Positions 48,372 through 56,974 of a DNA stretch of 56,974 nucleotides are shown here, in pieces. Origin of the DNA: Sphingobacterium sp. GTDB lineage: Bacteria; Bacteroidota; Bacteroidia; Sphingobacteriales; Sphingobacteriaceae. Position numbers and translations under genes: made by a program. Location of the stretch: assembly GCA_036786125.1 (NCBI GenBank), contig DAIQRP010000001.1, positions 32,465 through 89,438 of the forward strand. Direction: 5' to 3'. The notes beneath the pieces were generated by a model. That model was not told the DNA's origin. It did not search any database and was given only the letters and a program-made list of their open reading frames with translations. How positions within the stretch are numbered: the stretch's first letter is position 1; each line of letters opens with the position of its first letter.

Positions 48372-49757
48372 ATGAGAAAAAAAATATTCAACATATCCCT
48401 AGCACTACTCTGCCTTTCCTCTGGATTAAAAGCGCAAGATCTAGTCGATTCACAACTTAAATATCCCATACAAAATGCCTTGCAAACCAATAGAGAGTTA
48501 ATAGGAAAATCATATGAGAAGGATAAAACTTCTATTGAAGCCTCCTCTGTGAAGAATAAATTAACGCCTCATATTTCTGCAAACGCCTTATATGGCTATT
48601 TAAATGCTCAGGGAAATATTGACGTTCCTACCTATACCTCTCCCAATAATCTCATCAATCTATTTGAGGATTCCAGAGATTTTAAGACACAGGGACAGAT
48701 GGGACTTGTAGCCGTTACAGCAACCCAAGTTATCTTTTCAGGGCTTCAAATTACTCATGGTCAAAAAGCATTACAGGAGAAGGCTAAAGCTCAGGAATTA
48801 ATGATAGAAGCTGATAAAGAATCTATTGCTAAATCAGTGATCTCCACTTTTGATCAATTAATGTTATTGAAAGAAGTCGATAAGCTTATTCAAGATTCTG
48901 AAATTAGACTCGAGAAAGAACATCTAAAGGTGATAAAAGCGATAGAAAATGGTTTGGCGATTCCTTATGATAGAGATAAGTTAAAACTGGCCATTTTAGA
49001 ATTAGAAGCTAAAAAGGTCGAATTACATGGCAACAAGGAACTCTTATATAATAAATTAGCTCAAGATACCCATCTCCCTCTCGAGGAATTGAAAAAGATA
49101 GACTATACATTGGATCATATTATCTTACAAGAACGGGTGTATAATATTTTAGAACGTAAAGAGATTCAAGCTTTAGATGCCTCTCAGCGGGCTTTTGAAT
49201 ATGTGCTCAAAAAGGAGAAAGGCTCGGCTCTTCCTCAAGTTTTTGCATTTGGTTCGGCAGCCTATAGCAATATCTTCAACTCCAGTTTAACGCTAAAGCA
49301 GATTCCTGCATTTGGTAATTTAAATCTGCGCACAAATTCCCTGTCTTTCTTTCCCACATTTATCATTGGTGTAGGTGCCAAGTGGGATGTATTCACCGGA
49401 AATGAACATAAAAATAAAATAAAATCGGCTAATCTTGATTTATTGATAAACCAAAATAAAAAAGAGGATATCTCGGAAAAATTAGAGTTATTGCTTCAAA
49501 AAAATCAAGTAGAGTATCAGACTGCGAATCAGAAGCTTGCCGTCAATAAGCAACAGCTTGTCGTAGCACAAAATAATTTAGACTTAGCTATCAAACAATA
49601 TAAAGAAGGTTTGGTAGAAGTGACAGAAAGGCTTTCTGCTGAAAATGATTATTATAAAGCTAATCTAGGTTACTATTCACAAATTTTACAACAGAGACAA
49701 TCCGCTTTGGAAATCCTACACACCTCTGGGGACTTATTAAATCGTCTATTAAAATAA
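48372..49757 (+). CDS. TolC family outer-membrane efflux protein
   Basis: Signal peptide; ATQVIFSG; long helical repeats; YKEGL near the C-terminus; first gene of a tripartite operon. Confidence 0.85.
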   Translation: MRKKIFNISLALLCLSSGLKAQDLVDSQLKYPIQNALQTNRELIGKSYEKDKTSIEASSVKNKLTPHISANALYGYLNAQGNIDVPTYTSPNNLINLFEDSRDFKTQGQMGLVAVTATQVIFSGLQITHGQKALQEKAKAQELMIEADKESIAKSVISTFDQLMLLKEVDKLIQDSEIRLEKEHLKVIKAIENGLAIPYDRDKLKLAILELEAKKVELHGNKELLYNKLAQDTHLPLEELKKIDYTLDHIILQERVYNILERKEIQALDASQRAFEYVLKKEKGSALPQVFAFGSAAYSNIFNSSLTLKQIPAFGNLNLRTNSLSFFPTFIIGVGAKWDVFTGNEHKNKIKSANLDLLINQNKKEDISEKLELLLQKNQVEYQTANQKLAVNKQQLVVAQNNLDLAIKQYKEGLVEVTERLSAENDYYKANLGYYSQILQQRQSALEILHTSGDLLNRLLK

Positions 49758-49758
49758 T

Positions 49759-50739
49759 ATGAGAAGATATCGCATGTTAATTGTCGGGGCTGTATTATTA
49801 AATATCGCCTGTAACAATTCTAAACCTGAGCCTACACATATAGAAGGTCGTATTGAAAGAGATCAAATGTCTTTAGTCACTAAAGTGCCGGGTCGAGTTG
49901 AAAAAATACTGGTTCAAGAAGGACAGCATGTACTTGCTGGAGATACATTAGCCATACTTGAAATTCCTGAAGTTACCGCTAAGGAAGAACAAGCTAAAGG
50001 GGCTATTGAATCTGCAAAAGCGCAATATAATATGGCAAAAAAGGGCGCTACTGATGGACAATTAAAACAGCTGCATGCCAAAGTTGACGGCCTTAAAGAG
50101 CAACTCGACTTTGCTGAAAAATCCCTCCATAGACTAGCCAACTTATTACGGGATAGCCTTGTAGCTCAGCAAAAATATGATGAGGTTTATGCCAAATATC
50201 AAGGCGCCAAAAATCAATATATTGCAGCACAAGCAGAGCTTAATGATGTCAAAAATGGAGCTCGAATTGAGCAGCAAGAAATGGCTTTAGGCCAACAGGA
50301 ACGTGCCTATGGAGCCATGAGTGAAGTGCTAGCAGCTGCGAAGGAACGCTATATTATCGCTTCCCAAGATATGACCATAGAATCTATTAATCTTAAAATT
50401 GGAGAGCTTGCATTAGCCGGATATGCGATTATCACAGGTAATATAGATGCGAGCACCTATTTTAGATTTACACTACCCGAAGATAAATTATCTGAGCTTA
50501 AAGCAGGTTCAACGGTAGATATCTCCATACCATATCAAAAAGATAAGCAGTTAAAAGGACGTATCACTTCAATAAAAGCACTCAGCTCCTACGCTAATAT
50601 TGCGACGGCTTACCCTGATTTTAATCAGCAACAGGCCTTATTTGAAATTAAAGTTCAGCCTGAAGAGGTAAATGCCGCAAAAAGTTTAATAAGTAAGAGT
50701 ACTGTTCTTTTAGATATGAAAAGTATAAGCACTAAATAA
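49759..50739 (+). CDS. HlyD family membrane-fusion protein
   Basis: KVPGRVEKILVQEGQHVLAGDTL lipoyl-like half and a coiled coil. Confidence 0.9.
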   Translation: MRRYRMLIVGAVLLNIACNNSKPEPTHIEGRIERDQMSLVTKVPGRVEKILVQEGQHVLAGDTLAILEIPEVTAKEEQAKGAIESAKAQYNMAKKGATDGQLKQLHAKVDGLKEQLDFAEKSLHRLANLLRDSLVAQQKYDEVYAKYQGAKNQYIAAQAELNDVKNGARIEQQEMALGQQERAYGAMSEVLAAAKERYIIASQDMTIESINLKIGELALAGYAIITGNIDASTYFRFTLPEDKLSELKAGSTVDISIPYQKDKQLKGRITSIKALSSYANIATAYPDFNQQQALFEIKVQPEEVNAAKSLISKSTVLLDMKSISTK

Positions 50740-50740
50740 G

Positions 50741-51907
50741 ATGAAGGTATTACTCGAATTAATTTTACGAGAGTTTAAATTATTCTATAATAATAAGGTC
50801 CTCCGAATTTTATTTATCGGAGCTCCTATTATGTATGGGATTCTAATCGGCGCAGTGTATCAAAAAGGAAAGATTACGGAATTGCCTATTATCGTCATCG
50901 ATGAAGATCAATCGACCATGAGCCATAAACTCATCGATATGTTAGGCGAGTCTGAGGTGGTATATGTGGCGGATATCCTATCGAATAATTTTAATTCTAG
51001 GGACCTTGCTTTAGAAAAGGATGCCTCTGTGGTCGTACAGATCCCCCGGGGGTTCACAAGCGATATTCAGCAGAATAGAGTTCCTGAGCTTGCGCTTTTT
51101 GTAGACGCATCAAATACCCTGACCTCCAATACAGCTATGATGGCAGTCAATGTTGTTGCTGCAACAATGAAAGCAGGAGTACTTATCGAAGCTCAAATGA
51201 AAAAGGGAGTTCCATCCTATGTGGCTAGCCAGGCATATGAACCATTTAAAACAACAATTGTCCGGCAAAATATTCGAAGTGGAAATTATCTCTATTTTAT
51301 GCTTCCCGGTGTACTATTAACAGTTTTTCAACAGGTTCTCCTATTGGGATTAGCGCTGTCATTTGCCTCTGAATTTGAACTGAATACATTCTCCGCACTG
51401 ATTAAGAAAAGTAGAAATCCATTGACACTTATCTGTGCAAAGGTCTTTCCTTATATGCTTATGTCTGTAGGAATACTCCTGTTGTATTATGGCTTCTCCG
51501 TATTTTACCAAATGCCTATCCAAGCGGATTTTTGGCCATTTGTACTTTCGACAACATTATTTATTATGGCCGCGAGTTTTATTGGCATTTTAGTCAGTAT
51601 AGCACTGCCGAATCAATTAAAAGCAACAGAAGTATTAATGGTAATTGCGACGCCAAGTTTTATTTTAAGTGGATTTACATGGCCCTTGAGTCAGATGCCT
51701 CTATGGGTACAACGCATATCTGATATCATCCCTCTCACGCATTACTTAAAAATCTTTAGATTATTATTTATCGAACATGGACCTGCAGCATTAATAAGAC
51801 AGCCTTTAATAGCCCTTGCGATTATTGCCGCAGTCTGTCTGATACTCTCTATAGTCTTACTTCAGATAAAAATTAAGAATCAAATCAAAATAGAACAAAA
51901 GGATTAA
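50741..51907 (+). CDS. ABC-2 type permease (YbhR/YhhJ-like)
   Basis: PIIVIDEDQSTMS, YFMLPG and LSGFTWPLSQMP...PLTHYL motifs. Confidence 0.88.
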   Translation: MKVLLELILREFKLFYNNKVLRILFIGAPIMYGILIGAVYQKGKITELPIIVIDEDQSTMSHKLIDMLGESEVVYVADILSNNFNSRDLALEKDASVVVQIPRGFTSDIQQNRVPELALFVDASNTLTSNTAMMAVNVVAATMKAGVLIEAQMKKGVPSYVASQAYEPFKTTIVRQNIRSGNYLYFMLPGVLLTVFQQVLLLGLALSFASEFELNTFSALIKKSRNPLTLICAKVFPYMLMSVGILLLYYGFSVFYQMPIQADFWPFVLSTTLFIMAASFIGILVSIALPNQLKATEVLMVIATPSFILSGFTWPLSQMPLWVQRISDIIPLTHYLKIFRLLFIEHGPAALIRQPLIALAIIAAVCLILSIVLLQIKIKNQIKIEQKD

Positions 51908-51944
51908 TATAAAAAAAGCGTCTAACTAGACGCTTTTTTTATAT
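51907..51944. terminator. bidirectional terminator overlapping the stop codon of the convergent gene
   Basis: ATATAAAAAAAGCGTCTA-AC-TAGACGCTTTTTTTATAT. Confidence 0.85.
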
Positions 51945-52459
51945 GCTTCCCAATATGAAATAAATAAATCATACAATTCCGTTATATTCATATCAATTTC
52001 AGATGCGGAATAACTGACCTGCAGTTCCTGAAGCTCTTTATCATAGGCCATATCAAAAAACATCTTTGATAATTTAGATTTGTAAAATTCGGGGTTATTT
52101 AAGAATACAATGACCAAAGTATCGCCTCCAATTTTAGCCATATCTATAGCTGTCACATCTTTCCAATAGATTTCCCCTATAGACTTGGGTAATGGAGCGG
52201 TCTTTCCTTTAGCATAATCTGGAGTCAACTCTATAAATGCTGATTTATCTTTTAAGTTTAATAAAGACTTAATCATTAGAAAGAACAATAAAAGAAATAA
52301 GGCGCCGCTAACTACAGTTACTTTCGCTTTAAAGATATTGTCAAATACGCCTAATCCATATACACAAATCAAGGCCATAGCGATACATATACCCGCTGTT
52401 GTCAATAATATATTTCTCGTCTTTTTTCTATTTCTAAAAATTTTTAAATCTGTTAACAT
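51926..52459 (-). CDS. two-TM membrane protein (STM3941-like)
   Basis: Two TM helices then GEIYWKDV...IVFLNNPEFY; promoter TATCTTTG at 52481-52488. Confidence 0.6.
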   Translation of the reverse strand: MLTDLKIFRNRKKTRNILLTTAGICIAMALICVYGLGVFDNIFKAKVTVVSGALFLLLFFLMIKSLLNLKDKSAFIELTPDYAKGKTAPLPKSIGEIYWKDVTAIDMAKIGGDTLVIVFLNNPEFYKSKLSKMFFDMAYDKELQELQVSYSASEIDMNITELYDLFISYWEAYKKSV

Positions 52460-52494
52460 ATCTTAATTTTTTGTAGACGGCAAAGATAATAAAT

Positions 52495-52520
52495 AAAAAA
52501 GGCGCCTGAATAGGCGCCTT
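52495..52520 (-). terminator. terminator after the PorE-like gene
   Basis: AAGGCGCCT-GAAT-AGGCGCCTT with an A-run on the left. Confidence 0.8.
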
Positions 52521-52528
52521 AAATAAAG

Positions 52529-54478
52529 TTAATAAGCTAAAACTCGAACTTCTGTTCTTCGATTCGCTTGATGTTGTTGAATGCTACATGGCACGCCATC
52601 TTTACATCCATTGACAAGTTTATACTCCCCATATCCTTTAGCTTCTAAGCGGCTTCTAGAAATCCCTCGACTAACTAAATAATCAACGGCTGCTTTAGCG
52701 CGTCTAGAAGATAGATCTTCATTGTATTTAAAGCTACCTCTGCTATCTGTATGGCTCGACAACTCAATTTTTAAGCTTGGATTATCTCTTAAAGTCGCCA
52801 CTAATCTATCTAAAATCACGGCTGCATCTTTACGTATAAAATGTTTGTCGAAATCGTAGTAGATATCTTCTAACACAAAAACATCATTGACTTTAAAAAT
52901 TGGTTCTAAAGCTAATTTTACACGTATAGTATCGGATTTTGTATAACCATAGGTATCAATAAAAACTTCATCACCATGGAATTTATCTTTTCGAGCTTGA
53001 ACTCGATATGCTTGTTCTGCATCGAGTTCAAACGCAACAAATCCATCCATATTACTTATTTTTACTCCTTTAATCAGATTGCTATCTGCAAATAACTTCA
53101 CATCTACATCCGATAATATTTCAGCAGTTTTTTTATTATAGGTTACTCCTTCTAAAAGCAGTAAAATTTTTGGTGCTTCTATTTGATAAGAATAGATATC
53201 ATCATTTCCAATTCCTCCAGGTCTATTGGAAGATAGAAATCCCGATTTAACTTTAGAAGATTCCGAGGCTAATTCTAAAAATGAAAAGTCATCTGCAGCA
53301 GAGTTAATAGGGCTTCCTAAATTTTGAGGCTTTGTCCAATTAGACTTTTCTCCTCTTGTTTTAAAAATATCTAAACCTCCCATGCCAGCCCATCCATTTG
53401 ATGAGAAATATAAGGTGCCATCCGAAGCGAAGTTTGGAAACATTTCATCTGCCTCAGTATTAATTGCTGCCCCCGCATTTGTTGGTGTAGACCAAGAACC
53501 ATCTACCTGTCTTTCAGTATACCAAATATCTGTACCTCCAAATCCTCCTTCTTGACTACTTGCAAAATATAATGTCTGTTCATCTGGACTTAAAACAGCA
53601 TGACCTACGGAATATAAAGCTGGATTATTATACGGGAAGTCAATACTTCTCCAAGAATTTCCTTCTTTCTTTAAAATCACTAATTCCAGGTTATGTGTTA
53701 ACATGCTTCCGAAGCGATTTTTTTCTTTTTGCACATTTTTACCTGAATAGTTACGGGTAATAAATAACTCGTCTCCTTTTTTATTCGAAGAGATAGGACC
53801 GATATGATAGGTTCCTAAATTGAAGGTATCTTCTGCCTCTTTTGCTGAAATTAACTGGTTATTGTCATCTTGTTGTGCAACAAATAATTTCAGAAAGCTA
53901 TTCCCCGTCCATCCATATAAATCTTGAGCCTGAGCGGCATTCATTTCATGGGCAAAATAAATTTGATCCCCAATTTGAAAGGTTGAAAACTGAGCCGTTG
54001 CTGTGTTAACGCCTTTTTCATTTCTCAACTTTATCGATTTTGGATGCGCTAACCATACTAAAGCAGAATCACAACCCGCGATTTCATGCATCACAGAAAC
54101 CGTCTTATCAGATCTGCTTTCATAAGTTTGAAGCTGTTTTTTAGCTTCTGCATACTTCCCGTTATTTTTTAAAACAGCAGCATAGTTTCTGATATCTTCA
54201 GCCGTATGCTTTTTATCAGCAAGCACTCGAGCATACCAGTTTTCTGCAGCTTCATAATCGTTCATTTTCGTATAAGAATCCGCGAGTTTCCTTAAATCGT
54301 TAAGTTTAGGACGTTTCGTATCTACAACCTGAGCAAAAATAGCCGTAGCCTGCTTATAGTCGTATCTCTCATAGAGTTTATTTCCTTTCGTACGAGCATC
54401 AACCTGTTCTTGTGCAATGGCAGAAAGTTGCACTGATGTTGATAAGATGAGGGCAGTATATATATATCTTAATTTCAT
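52529..54478 (-). CDS. PorE-like protein (TPR, PD40 propeller, carboxypeptidase-like and OmpA domains)
   Basis: N-terminal TPRs; LYFASSQEGGFGGTDIW; LYFSSNGWAGMGGLDIF; IELSSHTDSRG...QANRRTE. Confidence 0.88.
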   Translation of the reverse strand: MKLRYIYTALILSTSVQLSAIAQEQVDARTKGNKLYERYDYKQATAIFAQVVDTKRPKLNDLRKLADSYTKMNDYEAAENWYARVLADKKHTAEDIRNYAAVLKNNGKYAEAKKQLQTYESRSDKTVSVMHEIAGCDSALVWLAHPKSIKLRNEKGVNTATAQFSTFQIGDQIYFAHEMNAAQAQDLYGWTGNSFLKLFVAQQDDNNQLISAKEAEDTFNLGTYHIGPISSNKKGDELFITRNYSGKNVQKEKNRFGSMLTHNLELVILKKEGNSWRSIDFPYNNPALYSVGHAVLSPDEQTLYFASSQEGGFGGTDIWYTERQVDGSWSTPTNAGAAINTEADEMFPNFASDGTLYFSSNGWAGMGGLDIFKTRGEKSNWTKPQNLGSPINSAADDFSFLELASESSKVKSGFLSSNRPGGIGNDDIYSYQIEAPKILLLLEGVTYNKKTAEILSDVDVKLFADSNLIKGVKISNMDGFVAFELDAEQAYRVQARKDKFHGDEVFIDTYGYTKSDTIRVKLALEPIFKVNDVFVLEDIYYDFDKHFIRKDAAVILDRLVATLRDNPSLKIELSSHTDSRGSFKYNEDLSSRRAKAAVDYLVSRGISRSRLEAKGYGEYKLVNGCKDGVPCSIQQHQANRRTEVRVLAY

Positions 54479-54510
54479 GTAATTCTCTTTATTTACTATC
54501 TATTTTTAAA

Positions 54511-55524
54511 TTAGAAGAATCGTGGACTCAGAATACGACGATCTTTCTGACCGAATGTCATTCCCATGGTAATTTCATGAGAACCATTCTGTATAGAACT
54601 TAATCTATTAACTACATGATCATATGAATATCCAATACGTAGGCGCTCGGAAACATGTAATTGTACAATTCCAGAAAAAGAGTTTCTACGGCTTAATTTA
54701 CTATCCACAGCTTTGGCATAATTCCTATCGAATAAGGCTACTCCCGTTCTTATACCTCCACCAATCCAGAATTTATCTTGAAATACTAACATCGCATTGA
54801 CATCTAAAGATGTAGGCCCTTTAAAATCCTCTTTCAATAAGAAACTTGGACGAAGACGTAAACCCTCTTCTAAATTAATAAGACCACCCCCAATAACATA
54901 TAAATGAGGTTTACGACGGATATTGTCCAATCCTATATTATCCCATTTAAACACATTGCTGGAAGCATTCGTGCCAGACATTAAATCCATAACTGAGGCT
55001 CCTAAATACCAGCTTTTAGCATTATAATAAACCCCTAAACGAATATCAGGTACATAATTACTGATTTTATTTGCAGGAATTAAAGGGTCATTCCCTTTAA
55101 TCGCATGTAATAAACTTCCATCTAAACTATAGGAGGTTACCCCAGCAGCAATACCTAAACTCAATCGACTCTCATCGGTATCATCTAATTGAATACGAAA
55201 AGCATAGTTTGCATAGGCTGAGGTTGCCGATTGCGCCCCTAATTTATCTGAAGTAATATCAAGTCCTACCCCATGTTTCTTTGAAATAGGATCAATAACA
55301 CCATCAATGGATATACTTCCAGTTTTAGGTGCTCCATCTAAGTTAATCCATTGACTTCTTAATCCTAATTGAGCATACCACTCTTCTTTATATCCTGCAT
55401 AAGCTGGATTTACACTTATAGAGTTAAAAATATACTGTGTAAATTGAATATTCTGTTGTGCTTTAACTAGCTGCTTATTTGCAAATAAAGCCACTAATAA
55501 TACAGCCCATTTATTTATTTTCAT
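54511..55524 (-). CDS. type IX secretion PorP/SprF family membrane protein
   Basis: QFTQYIFNSISVNPAYAG, RSQWINLDGAPKT, IGYSYD, GSHEI and SPRFF motifs. Confidence 0.92.
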   Translation of the reverse strand: MKINKWAVLLVALFANKQLVKAQQNIQFTQYIFNSISVNPAYAGYKEEWYAQLGLRSQWINLDGAPKTGSISIDGVIDPISKKHGVGLDITSDKLGAQSATSAYANYAFRIQLDDTDESRLSLGIAAGVTSYSLDGSLLHAIKGNDPLIPANKISNYVPDIRLGVYYNAKSWYLGASVMDLMSGTNASSNVFKWDNIGLDNIRRKPHLYVIGGGLINLEEGLRLRPSFLLKEDFKGPTSLDVNAMLVFQDKFWIGGGIRTGVALFDRNYAKAVDSKLSRRNSFSGIVQLHVSERLRIGYSYDHVVNRLSSIQNGSHEITMGMTFGQKDRRILSPRFF

Positions 55525-55583
55525 ATCTGTAGATAGAAAGGGAGTTAGCTTTTGAGTTCGCTAAACTCCCTTTTACTTAATAA

Positions 55584-56974
55584 TTATTTTGATTTAATTA
55601 AAACCCAACCTTTATACGTTGTCGATTGACCTTTACTTACTGCTTGAATTACATAATAATAAGTACCGTCATTTAAACCACGACCATCCCAATTATTTTT
55701 GTAATTAGAGTTTTTATATACCTCATTACCCCAACGGTTGATAACAATTAAATCTACGCGATCTAATCCTTCGATACCTTCAATTTCAAAAAAGTCATTG
55801 AAACCATCTCCGTTTGGCGTGAATACATTTGGAATACGAATCTCTAAAGCCTGTACTGTAACTTGAACAGAACCTTCCGCAACAATCGTTTTACCCGATG
55901 GATCTACACCTTTTGCTACTGCAGTATTTACAATTTTATCTGTATCGAAATCTGATCTTTTTGTAATATACTGTGTTTCAAAAATGTGTTCCTCACCTAC
56001 TGATAATTCATTGATGCGTTCTTGTAGACCTGTAAGTGGGTCAGTAACCAAGATATCTGACATCGTTATATTACCTGTATTTTTAACGGTAATATGATAT
56101 GTGATTACTTCATTTTGTTGGTTAACAACTGTTTTATCAGCGATTTTCTGAACTGATAACTGACCTTTTTGAATAATAGGCGTTGTTATTTCAGCTTTTG
56201 CATCTACAGCATAACCCTGCTCATCCGTAGCTTGTACGGAAGCCTGATTAACAATTGATGTTCCAGCATTTACAACATCTTGAGAAACTAGATAATCAAT
56301 ATCAAATGATTGAGAACTTCCAGCTGCTAATTCTGAAATTTCTTGGTTCCATGTAGGGAACATGATATCTCTTACAACAATTCCTTTTAAAACTGTATTA
56401 CCTGTATTTGTTACTTTTAAGGTATAAGTAATGATATCGTCTGCTGCAAAAACCTCTTTTCTATTCGACGTTTTTAAAATTTCAATAGCAGGAACAGCAA
56501 CCTTAATACCGACAAATGTTGTCGAACAATTATTTGGATTTAATTTTTCGCAGATGGTATATGGATACATATACTCCCCTGCTTTTGTTCCTGGGCTGAC
56601 TGTAATCGTTCCATCTGGATTCATTACAATTCCTTTTTGAGGACTTACGCCAGGTTGGAAATTAATTTCATCCTTATTTACAAGAACGCCATTTAATAAA
56701 TCATTATTAAAAACTGGAACTGTAGAAGTCTGACCTTTAATTCCATTTAATGATCCAATCTGATCTGCGATAGCTTCAATTTTCGCTGGATCCACAACCA
56801 CTTTCACGGTAGTTGATGAGCAGTTGTTTGGATTTAATTTCTCACAGATCGTATATGCATATTCATACTCACCTGCTGGAGTTTCCGGAGCGATAGTAAT
56901 CGTTCCATCCGGGTTCATAACGATACCCTTGTTTGGAGATTGACCTGGAGTCAAGATAACCTCTTCAGGTTTTA
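55584..56974 (-). CDS. large repetitive adhesin with T9SS type-B C-terminal domain (5' end beyond window)
   Basis: C-terminal IPNVFTPNGDGFNDFF...NRWGNEVY...WDG...GTYYY; two DUF11-like domains (ITYxxxVxNTGN); 98-aa repeats; the frame stays open to the window edge. Confidence 0.9.
   Translation of the reverse strand, partial: KPEEVILTPGQSPNKGIVMNPDGTITIAPETPAGEYEYAYTICEKLNPNNCSSTTVKVVVDPAKIEAIADQIGSLNGIKGQTSTVPVFNNDLLNGVLVNKDEINFQPGVSPQKGIVMNPDGTITVSPGTKAGEYMYPYTICEKLNPNNCSTTFVGIKVAVPAIEILKTSNRKEVFAADDIITYTLKVTNTGNTVLKGIVVRDIMFPTWNQEISELAAGSSQSFDIDYLVSQDVVNAGTSIVNQASVQATDEQGYAVDAKAEITTPIIQKGQLSVQKIADKTVVNQQNEVITYHITVKNTGNITMSDILVTDPLTGLQERINELSVGEEHIFETQYITKRSDFDTDKIVNTAVAKGVDPSGKTIVAEGSVQVTVQALEIRIPNVFTPNGDGFNDFFEIEGIEGLDRVDLIVINRWGNEVYKNSNYKNNWDGRGLNDGTYYYVIQAVSKGQSTTYKGWVLIKSK

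Noticed and set aside
38900..56974. Repetitive segments considered as CRISPR, DGR or mobile-element signatures
   Set aside because: The repeats are in-frame protein repeats (WG repeats, adhesin units); no repeat-spacer array, reverse transcriptase, integrase or transposase is present in the window.

Overview
AT-rich chromosomal window from a Bacteroidota bacterium, most likely Sphingobacteriaceae/Sphingobacterium-like. The assignment is inferred from TAnnTTTG promoters, the miaB-bEBP-lptE-secG-groESL synteny and the PorP/T9SS type-B genes. In order, the window holds: the 3' end of trmD; a Trp-rich leader peptide with attenuator ahead of trpE-trpG-trpC; an iron/xenosiderophore-type uptake locus (ECF sigma, short FecR-like anti-sigma, two DUF4374-like lipoproteins, TonB-dependent transporter, PepSY membrane protein, second beta-barrel receptor) marked by two copies of a 23-bp palindromic box; dusB, a flippase, acylphosphatase and an amidohydrolase; a TPP riboswitch with a TonB-dependent transporter; dtd, a MazG-like gene, an orphan heme oxygenase and ggt; groEL/ES and the miaB operon with a sensor-less sigma54 activator; ompA, rlmD, pheS, ssb and mutY; a WG-repeat protein; a sulfur/persulfide operon with an embedded Crp/Fnr gene and a perfect upstream palindrome; GH15 plus a trehalose TPS/TPP fusion; a TolC/HlyD/permease trio without ATPase; and a T9SS type-B-CTD adhesin with PorP and PorE-like partners, truncated by the window end. 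No CRISPR array, tRNA/rRNA or transposase was seen. Best leads: (1) an apparently rewired cell-surface-signalling Xus-like locus; (2) a possible sigma54/bEBP chaperone circuit defined by TGnCA-N3-TGnCA boxes; (3) the WWW-leader trp attenuator; (4) a Crp/Fnr-controlled persulfide operon. All product calls come from motif recognition by eye, without database searches.
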